Below, piece after piece: positions 37,728 through 47,835 of a DNA stretch of 64,000 nt; the stretch's first letter is position 1; every line of letters begins with the position of its first letter. Source of the DNA: Candidatus Multivoradales bacterium (lineage in GTDB: Bacteria > Acidobacteriota > Thermoanaerobaculia > Multivoradales > JAHEKO01); assembly GCA_965223155.1 (NCBI GenBank), contig CBDCVR010000013.1:416001-480000 (forward strand), given 5' to 3'. Under the pieces are notes generated by a model. The model searched no databases and had not been told where the DNA came from. It saw nothing but the letters and a program-made list of their open reading frames with translations. The position numbers and the translations under genes are program-made.

Positions 37728-40493
37728 CTACGGCCCGGAGGGTGCCTGGGCAAAGGCGCCTGGAAACACGTTCTCGGTCGTCTCGTCCGGGGCCGGCTCG
37801 ATGCGAGCCGCGCACACCTTGTACTCGCCGGTTCCGGTGATCTTGTCCCCGGCGTCAGTGGTCAACGCGTTGGTCCTCGCCTCCGGAAAGTGAAAGGGCA
37901 TCCAGATGGCGTTGGGCAGGACCTGCCGCGAGACCATGGCTCGGCAGCGCACCCGGCCCCGCCGGGAAACCACGTCCACGAGCTGGCCGTCTCGGATCCC
38001 GAGCTTGCGGGCATTGGCGGGATGGATCTCGACGAAGGCTCCGGGCTGCTTTGTGGTCAGCCCATCGTTGCGCCGCGTCTGGGTCGCGGCGTTGTAGTGA
38101 TAGAGCGTCCGGCCCGTGGACAGGACCAAGGGGTACTCCACGTCCTCCTCCTCGAAGGGCGGGGCATATTCGACCGGCTGGAAGAGCCCCTTGCCGCGCA
38201 GCACTCCGTCCTTGTGGAGATATTCCGTGGACGGAGCCTCCGGACTCTCCACCGGCCACTGAAGGCCCCCCTCGCGCTCGATCCGCTGGTGGGAGATCCC
38301 CGCGAACTTGGGCGCCAGCGCAGCCATCTCGTCGTAGATGTCGGCGGGCGAGGCGTAGTCGGGCTGGTCCAAACCCGCGCGGTCCATGACTTCGAGAAGG
38401 ATCCGCCAGTCAGCACGGGCTTGGCCTGGAGGCTCGATGGCCTTCCGGACGCGCTGGACCCGGCGATCCGAGTTGGTGAAGACGCCTTCCTTCTCCGCGA
38501 AGCAGGCGGCCGGCAGCACCACGTCGGCGAACCGGCAGCTCTCGTTCAGGAAAATGTCCTGGACCACCAGGAAGTCGATCTGGTTCAGAGCTTCCTCGAG
38601 CTTGCCCACGTTGGGCTCGGAGATCACGATGTCTTCGCCCATGAGATACATACCGCGGATCTGCGTGCCGATGACCTTCATCATCTCGTTGAGATTGAGG
38701 CCGCGAGTCTCGCTTTGGGGCACGCCCCAGGCCGCGGCGAACTTGCGCCGGATCTCCGGATCCTCGGCCCGCTGGTAGCCGGGATAGAAGACGGGCGTGG
38801 CGCCGGCATCGTTGGCGCCCTGGACGTTGTTCTGGCCGCGCAGCGGATTCATGCCCGCCGAGCGCTTGCCCAGATGGCCGGTCATCAGGACCAGGTTCGA
38901 GAGCGCGTAGACGTTATCGGTGCCGCAGGTATGCTCGGTGATACCGAGGGTGTAGTAGATTCCGGCCTTCTCGGTGGTCGCGTAGGCCCGGGCCACTTCC
39001 CTGATCCGCTCCGCGGGAACGCCGGTGACCTTCTCGGCCTCCTCCGGGGGATAGCGCAGGACGGTCTCCTGTACCGCCTCGAAGTTTTCGGTGTTGGCGG
39101 CTACCCACTCCCGGTCCTCCAGACCCTCGGTCACGATGACGTGGGCCATGGCATTGAGCAGCCAGACGTCCGAGCCGGGCTTCAATTGCAGGTGCCAGTC
39201 GGCGATCTGGGTCATCCAGATGGCGCGCGGATCGGCCACCGCCAGACGGGCTCCCCGCCCGATGGCACGCTTCATCTCCATCGCAATAATCGGATGCGCC
39301 TCGCTGGTGTTCGAGCCGATGACGAAGAGGAAGTCCGCGTCCCGAATCTCGGGAATCGAGTTGGTCATCGCCCCGGCCCCGTACGTGGTCACCAGACCGG
39401 CGACCGTGGGAGCGTGTCACGTGGCCGCGCATTGATGAACGTTGTGGGTATGAAACGCCGCCCGCGCCATCTTCTGCATCAGGTAGTTCTCTTCCACTGT
39501 GCAGCGCGAGGAGGACACGAAGGCCAGCGCGCTGTCGCCGTGCTCGGCAGCCACGCCCTGAAGCCCGGTTACGACCCGGCCGAGAGCTTCATCCCAAGAA
39601 GCACGCCGTAGTCCGTCGCCTTCCCGCACCAGAGGCTCGGTCAGCCGGTCCGGATGGTCCACGAAGTCGTTGGCGAAGCGCCCCTTGACGCAGAGGTTGC
39701 CGTCGTTGACGGTGGTGCCCGCTGGCGGGCTCGTGACCTTGACCAGCTTGTTGGCCTCGGCGTCCACATTGAGATCCACCTGGCAGCCGACACCGCAGAA
39801 GTTGCAGGTGCTTCGGACCTTGTCGAGCTCTCCCTCGGGCTTGCCGTAGAGGACGGCCTGGCGCTCGGTCATGGCGCCGGTCGGACAGACGTCGATACAC
39901 CCGCCACAAAGCTCGCAGGTGGTGTCGGCCAGGCCCAGCGAGTCGGCGGTCGAGATCGTGGTCTCACCGCCCCGGAAGGCCAGCGAGATGGCGGACACGG
40001 CCTCGATCTCGTCGCAGTACCGGGTACACAGAGAACAGGCGATACAGCGGTCGGGCCGGAACTGGACGAAAGGATTCGTGTCCTCGGGCCGCCCCTGCCG
40101 CGGACTCGCGACCGCCGGCCAGGGATTGTACGAGCCGTAGCGGTCCTGGAGCTCGAAGAGCTTCGACGGATTGTTGTCTTCGGCGACCTCGCGATCGGCG
40201 ACCGTGTCGGCCAGGTGCAGCGAAAGGATAAAACGGCGGTTCCGTTCGGTGCGTGCGGTCTGGGTCCGGACCACCATCCCAGGGCTAGTCTTCATCGCGC
40301 AGGCTGGCTGCATCAGCCGCGAGCCCTCCACCTCGACCAAACACATCCGGCAAGCTCCCGCGGGATCCAAACGCGGATCGTGGCAAAGCGTCGGGATCTG
40401 GATTTCGGCACGCTCCGCGCACTCCAGGATGGTCTCGCTGGGGCGAAGGTCCATCTCGTCGCCGTCGATCACCACGAACTTGGCCTCGTCCAT
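37728..40493 (-). CDS. fdhA: Formate dehydrogenase alpha subunit, selenocysteine-containing (921 aa, Sec at codon 359)
   Basis: ORFs 39417-40493 and 37728-39392 are in the same frame, joined by HQCAAT-UGA-HAPTVAGL; 2Fe-2S, two ferredoxin-type 4Fe-4S, CNFCGVGC..LCVKG, PLRGQNNVQG. Confidence 0.92.
39387..39405 (-). other. Bacterial SECIS hairpin
   Basis: GGTCGCC-GGTCT-GGTGACC stem-loop starts 11 nt after the in-frame TGA (39417-39419), resembling the E. coli fdhF SECIS. Confidence 0.85.
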
Positions 40494-42031
40494 CAGTCGC
40501 TTCCTTTCTCGAGCCCAAACTCCTCGGGCCAGTACGTCATCGCGCTGGTGAGCGGCAGCGAGGCCGCCTGCCCGAGACCACAGATCGACGCCTCGGTCAT
40601 CCCCCAGGCCACGTCGTGGACATGTTCGAGGGTCGACGGGTCCCGGCAGCTCGCTAGATACCTCTCCAGCGTCTGCCGCAGGATCTGGGTGCCGATACGG
40701 CAGGGAGAGCACTGCCCGCAGGACTCGTCTTCGAAGAAGACTGCCTGGGCCAGCGCCGCCTCCACCATGTCCACCGTGTCGTTCAGGACCACGACGCCCG
40801 CCGAGCCCAGCATCGAGCCCGCTTCGGCCAAGCTCTTGAAGTCCATGGCGACATCCGCCCGTTGTGCCGGCAGGAATCCGCTCGACGCTCCCCCCGGCGA
40901 GAAGGCCTTGAGCCGGCCCACCGGCCCGCCCGCGAGTTCGAGGAGCTCGGCGAACGAAGTCCCCAGAGGCGCTTCGTAGACCCCGGGTCTGGCCACGTGA
41001 CCGGACAGGCAGTAGAGTTTGCTGCCGGCCTGGGTCTTCCCCGCTTCGCGGAACCACGCCCCGCCCCGTTTCAGGATGGCTGGCACGCAAGCGATCGTTT
41101 CGACGTTTTGGATCAAGGTCGGCTTGCCCCGGAAGCCGACCTCGACGGGATACGGGGGACGGAGACGCGGCATGCCGCGCTTGCCCTCGAGCGCTTCCAG
41201 GAGGGCCGTTTCCTCGCCGCAGATGTAGGCGCCGTGGCCATCCACGAAGTGCCACGCGGGCACCGATCCGTCGGCACCGAGCCTTCCGCCGGAACGGGCC
41301 GCCGCCACCGCCTCCTCGAGAGCCTTGCGCACCTGGCCGAACTCGCCACGGACGTAGCAATAGATTTCGGCCGCGCCCAGGGTCTCGGCCGCGATCGACA
41401 GCCCCTCCACGACCAGGTGGGGCCGGCGCAGGATAACCTCGCGGTCTTTGAAGGTGCCTGGCTCGCCCTCGTCGGCGTTGAGCACGACGTAGCGCTCGGA
41501 CTCGGCCTGTCCCGCGATCGCGCGCCACTTGATGTGGGCCGGAAATCCGGCTCCCCCCCGGCCCGTGAGCTCGGCTGTTTCGAGCTGTTCGAAGACCCAG
41601 GCAGCACCCCGCCCCCGCGCCCGCCTCAGAGCCTCGTAGGCGGTCGCGTCCGGACTCGCCAGGTCGATGGCAAAGCCGTCGCTAGAGGGCGAAAGGCCGG
41701 TCTTTGGCGTCGATGGATCGCCCTCCGGATCCCACGCCGCAGGCGCCAGATCGCACCGGCCCAGGCAGGAAACGAAGGCGCTCGCGATCCCCTTGGCCTT
41801 GAGGTCGGCCTGGACCGAAGCGCTTCCCGCGATGCGGCACGACAGGCCCTGGCACACCCGCACGCCGTCCTCCGGACGCGCCAGCAGATGATAGAAGCTG
41901 GCAACACCGTAGATGTCGGCCTCGGGAACACCGGTCTCGCGATGGACCTCAGCGACGACTCCGGGTCGGAGACCGCCCTTGGCCTCGAGAAGCTCCAGGA
42001 TCCGCTCGCGATTCGCTCCTTTCGGAAGCAT
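40493..42031 (-). CDS. NuoE-NuoF-like fused diaphorase subunit of NAD-linked FDH
   Basis: GVASFY..CQGLSC..CLGRC (2Fe-2S); GRGGAGFP, NADEGEPG, YICGEETAL, ESCGQCSPCR..CGLG; TGATG overlap with fdhA. Confidence 0.9.
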   Translation of the reverse strand: MLPKGANRERILELLEAKGGLRPGVVAEVHRETGVPEADIYGVASFYHLLARPEDGVRVCQGLSCRIAGSASVQADLKAKGIASAFVSCLGRCDLAPAAWDPEGDPSTPKTGLSPSSDGFAIDLASPDATAYEALRRARGRGAAWVFEQLETAELTGRGGAGFPAHIKWRAIAGQAESERYVVLNADEGEPGTFKDREVILRRPHLVVEGLSIAAETLGAAEIYCYVRGEFGQVRKALEEAVAAARSGGRLGADGSVPAWHFVDGHGAYICGEETALLEALEGKRGMPRLRPPYPVEVGFRGKPTLIQNVETIACVPAILKRGGAWFREAGKTQAGSKLYCLSGHVARPGVYEAPLGTSFAELLELAGGPVGRLKAFSPGGASSGFLPAQRADVAMDFKSLAEAGSMLGSAGVVVLNDTVDMVEAALAQAVFFEDESCGQCSPCRIGTQILRQTLERYLASCRDPSTLEHVHDVAWGMTEASICGLGQAASLPLTSAMTYWPEEFGLEKGSD

Positions 42032-42222
42032 CCTGCAGGAATTCTAGCCTGTTCCGCGGCTCGATCCCGATCCATCGACGTGGCGCCGGAGCGAAGGATT
42101 CCTAGCACCGGTGCATCCAACAGAGTGCCCGAGAGCCGATGACGGCGGAATCCCGAACTCGGCCCCGGGCCCAAACCCCGGCCCCCCGGGATTCGTACAA
42201 GAAAGTGAAAGCGACGGACGTC

Positions 42223-42351
42223 ATGACCAAGCTCAAAGATCGCAGGACCCTGGCCCAGATCGGTGGGATCCGGGCCTACCTGCGCCAGGTGGCCTGGTCG
42301 CTACGCTGGCCCTTCGTCTTGCGCCGCCGGATTCGCACCGCCGGACGCTGA
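42223..42351 (+). CDS. Putative small cationic peptide (42 aa)
   Basis: MTKLKDRRTLAQIGGIRAYLRQVAWSLRWPFVLRRRIRTAGR; strongly GC3-biased codons in an intergenic gap. Confidence 0.4.
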   Translation: MTKLKDRRTLAQIGGIRAYLRQVAWSLRWPFVLRRRIRTAGR

Positions 42352-42448
42352 TCCGGCGCCCCACGACCGGGCGCCGTCCGCAACGGACTTGACAAGGGCC
42401 CGAGGGTCGGGCGACCCTAAGGCCGCCAAACCGGCCGTCCGCCTGACC

Positions 42449-43834
42449 ATGTCGTCCCAACGCGAAACCTGGGGCTCGCGCCTCGGCTTTGTCCTAGCTG
42501 CCGCCGGCAGTGCCATTGGGCTGGGCAATCTCTGGAAGTTCCCCTACATCACCTGGGCTAACGAGGGTGGCGCCTTCGTCTACGTCTACGCCCTGTGCAT
42601 CCTGGCGGTAGGCATGCCGATCATGATCGCAGAGATTCTCATCGGCCGGCACACGCAACGAAGCCCGGTGGGCGCGGTCCGGCAAGCCTTCGGAACCGGC
42701 TGGAGCTGGATCGGAGGATTGGGTGTCTTCACCGGTTTCGTGCTCCTGTCCTACTACGTGATCATCGCGGGCTGGACCCTGCGCTACTTCGTGGCGTGCG
42801 TGCGCTGGTCGCTCTCCGGCTTCGACCCGGCCGCGGCCTCGGCCGAGGCCTTCGGTCTCTTCGCCGCCAATGGTCCACAGCAGGTCCTGCTCGCAGGCTC
42901 GTTCATGGCGATCACCATCTGGATCGTCTCCCGGGGCGTCAGCTCCGGCATCGAGCGGGTCGCCAAGATCCTCATGCCCACACTCTTCGCCATCCTGGTG
43001 CTGCTGCTCCTGAGCGCGCTCAGCATGGACGGCGCCCGCGAGGCCCTCGGCTACATCTTCCGCCCCGACTTCGCCCGCCTGGAGCCCGCCGGAGCGCTCG
43101 AAGCCCTCGGCCACGCCTTCTTCACCCTGTCCTTGGGCATGGGCGCGATGATCACCTACGGCTCCTATCTCAAACGGCGCGACTCGATCGTGTCTTCGGC
43201 CGGAATCGTGGTGTGCCTCGACACGCTCATCGCTTTTGTGGCCACGGTCATCATGTTCTCGGTGATCTTCAGCGTGCCAGGCATGCGCGAGCAAGTCACC
43301 AAGTCCACGGTCGGCATGCTCTTCCTGACTCTGCCTCAGCTTTTCTACACAGCGGTCCCGCTCGGCAAGCTCCTGGCCCCGCTGTTCTACGTCCTGGTGG
43401 CCTTCGCCGCCCTAACCTCCACGATCTCGCTACTCGAGGTCGTGACCAGCTACTTCATCGACGAGCGCGGGATGAAGCGTCCGCGCGCGGCTCTCGCCTG
43501 CGGCAGCGCCATCATGGCCTTGGCCGTCCTTTGCGGCCTGTCCTTCGGAGGCTGGGGCGCGGTCTCCAGCTTCGAGGTTTTCTCCGGCAAGGCCGGACTG
43601 TTCGCGACGTTGGATCACCTGGTCTCGAACTGGCTCCTGCCCGTCGGTGGCTTCCTCATCACCTTTGGAACCGGCTGGCTGATGACCCGTGAGCGCACCG
43701 AGGCGGAGCTGATGGATGGCAAGGCTCCCCGTTGGTTCCATTTCGGCGTCTGGCGCATCTTCATCCGCTACGTCGCGCCGCTGGCGGTGGCCCTGATCCT
43801 GGCCGCCGTCTTGACCGGCAAGGACTTCTCCTAG
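42449..43834 (+). CDS. Sodium-dependent transporter, NSS/SNF family
   Basis: RETWGSRLGFVLAAAGSAIGLGNLWKFP, FFTLSLGMGAMITYGSY. Confidence 0.95.
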   Translation: MSSQRETWGSRLGFVLAAAGSAIGLGNLWKFPYITWANEGGAFVYVYALCILAVGMPIMIAEILIGRHTQRSPVGAVRQAFGTGWSWIGGLGVFTGFVLLSYYVIIAGWTLRYFVACVRWSLSGFDPAAASAEAFGLFAANGPQQVLLAGSFMAITIWIVSRGVSSGIERVAKILMPTLFAILVLLLLSALSMDGAREALGYIFRPDFARLEPAGALEALGHAFFTLSLGMGAMITYGSYLKRRDSIVSSAGIVVCLDTLIAFVATVIMFSVIFSVPGMREQVTKSTVGMLFLTLPQLFYTAVPLGKLLAPLFYVLVAFAALTSTISLLEVVTSYFIDERGMKRPRAALACGSAIMALAVLCGLSFGGWGAVSSFEVFSGKAGLFATLDHLVSNWLLPVGGFLITFGTGWLMTRERTEAELMDGKAPRWFHFGVWRIFIRYVAPLAVALILAAVLTGKDFS

Positions 43835-43907
43835 CCTGCCCGCCGGCCACGCCAGACGTCGTGAGCCAAACGCGATCTCGCGGCAGCGAGCCCGGCAGAG
43901 CGTCGGC

Positions 43908-46670
43908 TTAGCGCGGACGAATCCGGGAATCCAGCCGGCCCAGCCGGAAGCGGGCATCGAAACGGCACCCACCGTCGGCCTGGTTCTGGGCGGCTCGGCA
44001 TGAGGACTCCAGATCGCGGCCCTTGAGGGCGCCGCCGCGGTCCACCCAGCCGACCAAGGCGTTCCAAGCACCCAGGCGCTCGGCATCCGTGAAACCGCAG
44101 TGACTTGCGGTCTTCTCCACGGCGACGCCGGCCAAGAAGTTGTCTTCCGGAGCGAGAGCGGCATACTCACGCTGGTTCTCGACCAGAAACACGGCATCCT
44201 TGCTGGTGTGGATCGAGAGCACCTTGGAGCCCTTGACCCGGCCGTTGGGATCGTAGAAGCGGCGGAGCTTGCGTCGCCCAGGTGCATCGGCGCGAATCCG
44301 CTGGATCGACGCGTTGAGGGCGGCCGAGCCGTAGTTCACCGACTCGTTGCCGACCGGTAAGCGGTTCTTGAGCTTCTTCTTGTCCCGGACCAGGTCGCTG
44401 AAGCCGAAGACGGCCAACTCCATGGCCTCCTGGAGACCACCCTCGGGAATATCCAGCACACGCAGGAGCTCGTTCAGCCGGTCCTTCTCGAGTCGGCTGC
44501 GCTTGCTGCGGTCCTTGGCTAGGCCGGTGCATCGATTGACCGCCGCTGCGAGGTCTAGGACCGTCACGTCGTGGTTGCGCGGCAGCCCCTTGGCGTTGCC
44601 CTCGATGCCGGCACCCGGCACGTCGCCGCACACGGCTCGAAAGGCCATCCACATATCGAAGGCACCTTGCCAATTCGGGCTCCCGGCCATCGGCCCGCAC
44701 ATGGTGAGTGCCCCATCGATCTTTCCGAACTTCCCCTTCTCGACGGCGTAGACGGCGACCAGGCTTCCACTGCCCTCGCCCACCAGGAAGACACGTCCCG
44801 GCTTCCCGTGCCGGGCCGTGAAGGTCGTGACCAGCTTCTTGAGATCGGTGTTGGAGCGGAACACCGGCCACCCTGGAACCGAATAGCTGGTTGCGGCCAC
44901 CGCGTAGCCCTGCTCGAGCTGCTCGACTGCCAGAGGGCCGAGGTCGTCAACCACGCGCACTCCGAAGAAGTTGGAGGCGTGGTTCCAGAGGACGAGGTCC
45001 CCGTTCCAAGCCGTGGGCACGGCCATCAGAAACCGGGCGCCGCCGGTGTGCTGGCCCTCTGAGCAGTCGCAGGCTCGGAGATCAAAGGCCACCGGCTCGC
45101 TCCAATCCCCGTTGCCGAGCGGGTTCGACGCACGCACCCGCCAACTGTAGGGACCGGGATTCAACAGCCGTGATTCCCACCGGCAGATCCCGCCGCTGCA
45201 GACGTCTTCCCGGGACAGGCTGACGGTGCCGCCGAGCGGCTCTTCGATTTCGTAGCTGTCGGCTCCGAACGATTCCCGCCAACGCAGAATCGGAGTGGGA
45301 TCGAAGGTCGGCGCACTCGGTGCCAGCGCCTGGGGCGCCTCCGGCGGCGAGTCGAATACGGTAAAGCGAACCGATGGGCTCCAGGTCCCGCCGCAGATAT
45401 TGGTCGCCAGGACGCGCCACGTATAGGAACCAGTGCCCAAAGTCGTACCGCCCGAAAGCGAGCAGCGGGATCCCGGGCAGGCCTCCTCGGCGCCAACCTC
45501 TTGGTTCACCACCCTCTTGCCGTTCTCGTCGAACACTTCCAGGTGGTAGCTCTCGGCGATGGTGGCCCGCTTCCATTCGAAGGCGGGATCCACGCCACCG
45601 GCGGCGAAGATCTCCGAGTCCGGGGTGTAGAGGGTGGTCACCTGCTTGGGCGCGGCGGCGACCACTTCAAAGGACTGATCCGCAGAGAACGGGCCGTACC
45701 CGGCGGTGTTGCGCGTTTGCACACGGAAGGAGTTCGTCCCGGTCTTGAGGCTTACCGGGGCGCTGAGCCGGCACGTGCTGCCACTGCACAGGCCGCTGCC
45801 GCGGTGCCAGCGGTCGAAGGCCTTACCGCTGGGACCGTCGATGACCACGCGGAACCAGTTGCCGCAACTCGACTTGGACACGGTCTCCTTGTTCCAAACG
45901 AGCTCGGGTCGGGAACCGCAGATCTTCCCGGACGGGGACTTGGGACTGGGCGCGCCCGGTGCCCGCTTGCCCCCAGTGTGCTTCCAGAACTCCGCGGCCA
46001 AGACGTCGAAGCCCTTCGAGTTGGGATGCCCGACCGGATCGACCTTCCCCGCCGGCGGCTTCCAGTAGTTCTGTGAAAAGCAGGATGAGGACGTGCAGAG
46101 CCGGCTCCAGGGATCCGCGAAGCAGCGTCCGTTCGAAGACGCCCGCGACTGAATCCTGGCCCGCAGCTCCTGCGCCACCGCGTTGCGGGCGGCAACGCTC
46201 CGGCCGTCCGACGCCAGGTGGCGAATGATCGAGCCATGGACGGCTTCCACTCCCTTGGCGGCAGCCTTGTCGGCCATGACGGCGAGATTGAATTCGATCG
46301 TCTGGGCCGAGAACTTCCTGGTGTCGTTGGAGCCCTCCATCAACATGACGAGGTCCCAGGATCGTTTGTTCAAGACGCCCTGGATCCGGGTCACGCCGCT
46401 GGCGGTGCGCTCGCCGGCCTTGCCCTCATTCTCCAGCAAGCAGTCCCCCTTGCCACCGCAGTCGAAATAGCTGCTGTCGGCAAGGCGGCCTGGATAGCCG
46501 CAGAGGTCCTGATTCCCGCACTTGGAACTACGGGCGGAGTCGAATCCTTGCGCTTGGGTGATGCTGTCGCCGAAAGCGAACATGCGAAACGTCTCCTGAG
46601 CGCCGACGGCACCGGCGGCGAACGTGAGAACTGCGGCCACCAGAGCGATTCGAGCACTTCGCTGCGTCAT
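43908..46670 (-). CDS. Secreted multidomain protein: SGNH/GDSL hydrolase, three Fn3-like repeats, alpha/beta-hydrolase-like domain
   Basis: Signal peptide; FGDSIT, GxND, HPN; repeats with WRV.A.N..G..WS; WNGDLVLWNH, GYAVAA, SHCGF. Confidence 0.8.
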   Translation of the reverse strand: MTQRSARIALVAAVLTFAAGAVGAQETFRMFAFGDSITQAQGFDSARSSKCGNQDLCGYPGRLADSSYFDCGGKGDCLLENEGKAGERTASGVTRIQGVLNKRSWDLVMLMEGSNDTRKFSAQTIEFNLAVMADKAAAKGVEAVHGSIIRHLASDGRSVAARNAVAQELRARIQSRASSNGRCFADPWSRLCTSSSCFSQNYWKPPAGKVDPVGHPNSKGFDVLAAEFWKHTGGKRAPGAPSPKSPSGKICGSRPELVWNKETVSKSSCGNWFRVVIDGPSGKAFDRWHRGSGLCSGSTCRLSAPVSLKTGTNSFRVQTRNTAGYGPFSADQSFEVVAAAPKQVTTLYTPDSEIFAAGGVDPAFEWKRATIAESYHLEVFDENGKRVVNQEVGAEEACPGSRCSLSGGTTLGTGSYTWRVLATNICGGTWSPSVRFTVFDSPPEAPQALAPSAPTFDPTPILRWRESFGADSYEIEEPLGGTVSLSREDVCSGGICRWESRLLNPGPYSWRVRASNPLGNGDWSEPVAFDLRACDCSEGQHTGGARFLMAVPTAWNGDLVLWNHASNFFGVRVVDDLGPLAVEQLEQGYAVAATSYSVPGWPVFRSNTDLKKLVTTFTARHGKPGRVFLVGEGSGSLVAVYAVEKGKFGKIDGALTMCGPMAGSPNWQGAFDMWMAFRAVCGDVPGAGIEGNAKGLPRNHDVTVLDLAAAVNRCTGLAKDRSKRSRLEKDRLNELLRVLDIPEGGLQEAMELAVFGFSDLVRDKKKLKNRLPVGNESVNYGSAALNASIQRIRADAPGRRKLRRFYDPNGRVKGSKVLSIHTSKDAVFLVENQREYAALAPEDNFLAGVAVEKTASHCGFTDAERLGAWNALVGWVDRGGALKGRDLESSCRAAQNQADGGCRFDARFRLGRLDSRIRPR

Positions 46671-47710
46671 CGTTCGACCTCCGGGCGGGACGACGCCAAT
46701 CCTCCGGCAGGAACGAAGGTTGGCGCCCCTCCTTCCAGCCGCAAGAGCGGTCGTTCCGTGATCCGGTCCGGCAGGCTTCCGGGCGCGCTCGCCAGACGCG
46801 AGCTGCGGCTACCGAAAGAACGAACCTCGAAGGCGCTCCAGAAATCGGGCACGACGCTCCGGTAGGTGAGAAAGATCTTCGAACCAAGTGTCTCCCAAGC
46901 CGCGTCGACGCCCCCCCGCCCCGGCAGGACTTCGCCGATTCGCCAGCGACCCGCCGAATAGACGGCCGAACGAACACGGTAGTCGTTCCCGTCGAACCAA
47001 CTCCAAGCGGCCAGCGCGCCTTCCCGGTTCGCCACCACCGAGGGGATGACGTCGGGAACGCGGTTGTCGCGATGGAGGCGGCGTGGGCTGGACCAAGCGC
47101 CGATGTCTCCAGCGACCGCGTCGGCGCTGCGTAGGCTCCAGAAGATCTCGTCATCTTCGCCATCGAACCCGGCCCAAACCAGGAGCCAGCTGCCGTCTTC
47201 GAGCACCGCGCCGGAAAGCGCGAGCTGGGGGCCATCGATCGGCGCCGAGACGCGCTCGCTCCGCTCCCAAGAGCTGCCGTTCCAGACCGCCGCTCGCACC
47301 GTCAGGCGCTGGTGGGTTCCCCCTTCCAGCCAGGCAATGCCGTCGATCCGGCCATCTCGATCCAAGAGAACGGGTGAGAGTTCCAAAGCCTGATTGCGCG
47401 CCGGGATTCGAGGCAGCTTCTGGAAAGCGTTAGCGCTTTGGCCGGTTCTCGGCCGCTCCGCAAGACGAACCGCGACGCGGCCGTCGGCATCCAGGCCAGC
47501 CACGACGAAACCACCCTCGGCCGCGACGGCTGACTCGATTTCGATCTTCGGGCTCCGAACCGTCGCAACCGTCCGGCCCCCCTGGTACAACTCGACCCGA
47601 TCGCGATCTTGTCGGAAGCGAACCGAGTCGGCTTCCCCGGCGGCGGCGGCAGCCGTGCCGACGAGTCCACCCAAGACAACAACGACCGGCCAGTACCGTG
47701 ACCCCTTCAT
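46667..47710 (-). CDS. Secreted hypothetical protein (possible beta-propeller-like repeats)
   Basis: Signal peptide; repeated xxW..DG.D..I/V...W units; ATGA overlap with the downstream gene. Confidence 0.7.
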   Translation of the reverse strand: MKGSRYWPVVVVLGGLVGTAAAAAGEADSVRFRQDRDRVELYQGGRTVATVRSPKIEIESAVAAEGGFVVAGLDADGRVAVRLAERPRTGQSANAFQKLPRIPARNQALELSPVLLDRDGRIDGIAWLEGGTHQRLTVRAAVWNGSSWERSERVSAPIDGPQLALSGAVLEDGSWLLVWAGFDGEDDEIFWSLRSADAVAGDIGAWSSPRRLHRDNRVPDVIPSVVANREGALAAWSWFDGNDYRVRSAVYSAGRWRIGEVLPGRGGVDAAWETLGSKIFLTYRSVVPDFWSAFEVRSFGSRSSRLASAPGSLPDRITERPLLRLEGGAPTFVPAGGLASSRPEVER

Positions 47711-47835
47711 GCTTTCGTTCTCCTCTTCGAACGGCTAGGCCTGGCTGCCGCGCTCCCCATACACGAAGGAAGCAGCCCGAAAAGCCGCTTCCTTCGCTTG
47801 GGATGATGCACGGCCTGGCGCCGTTCGCTCCCGCT

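Noticed and set aside
37728-40493. FDH alpha as a pseudogene or two separate genes
   Set aside because: The stop is an in-frame TGA at the Sec position and is followed by a SECIS hairpin
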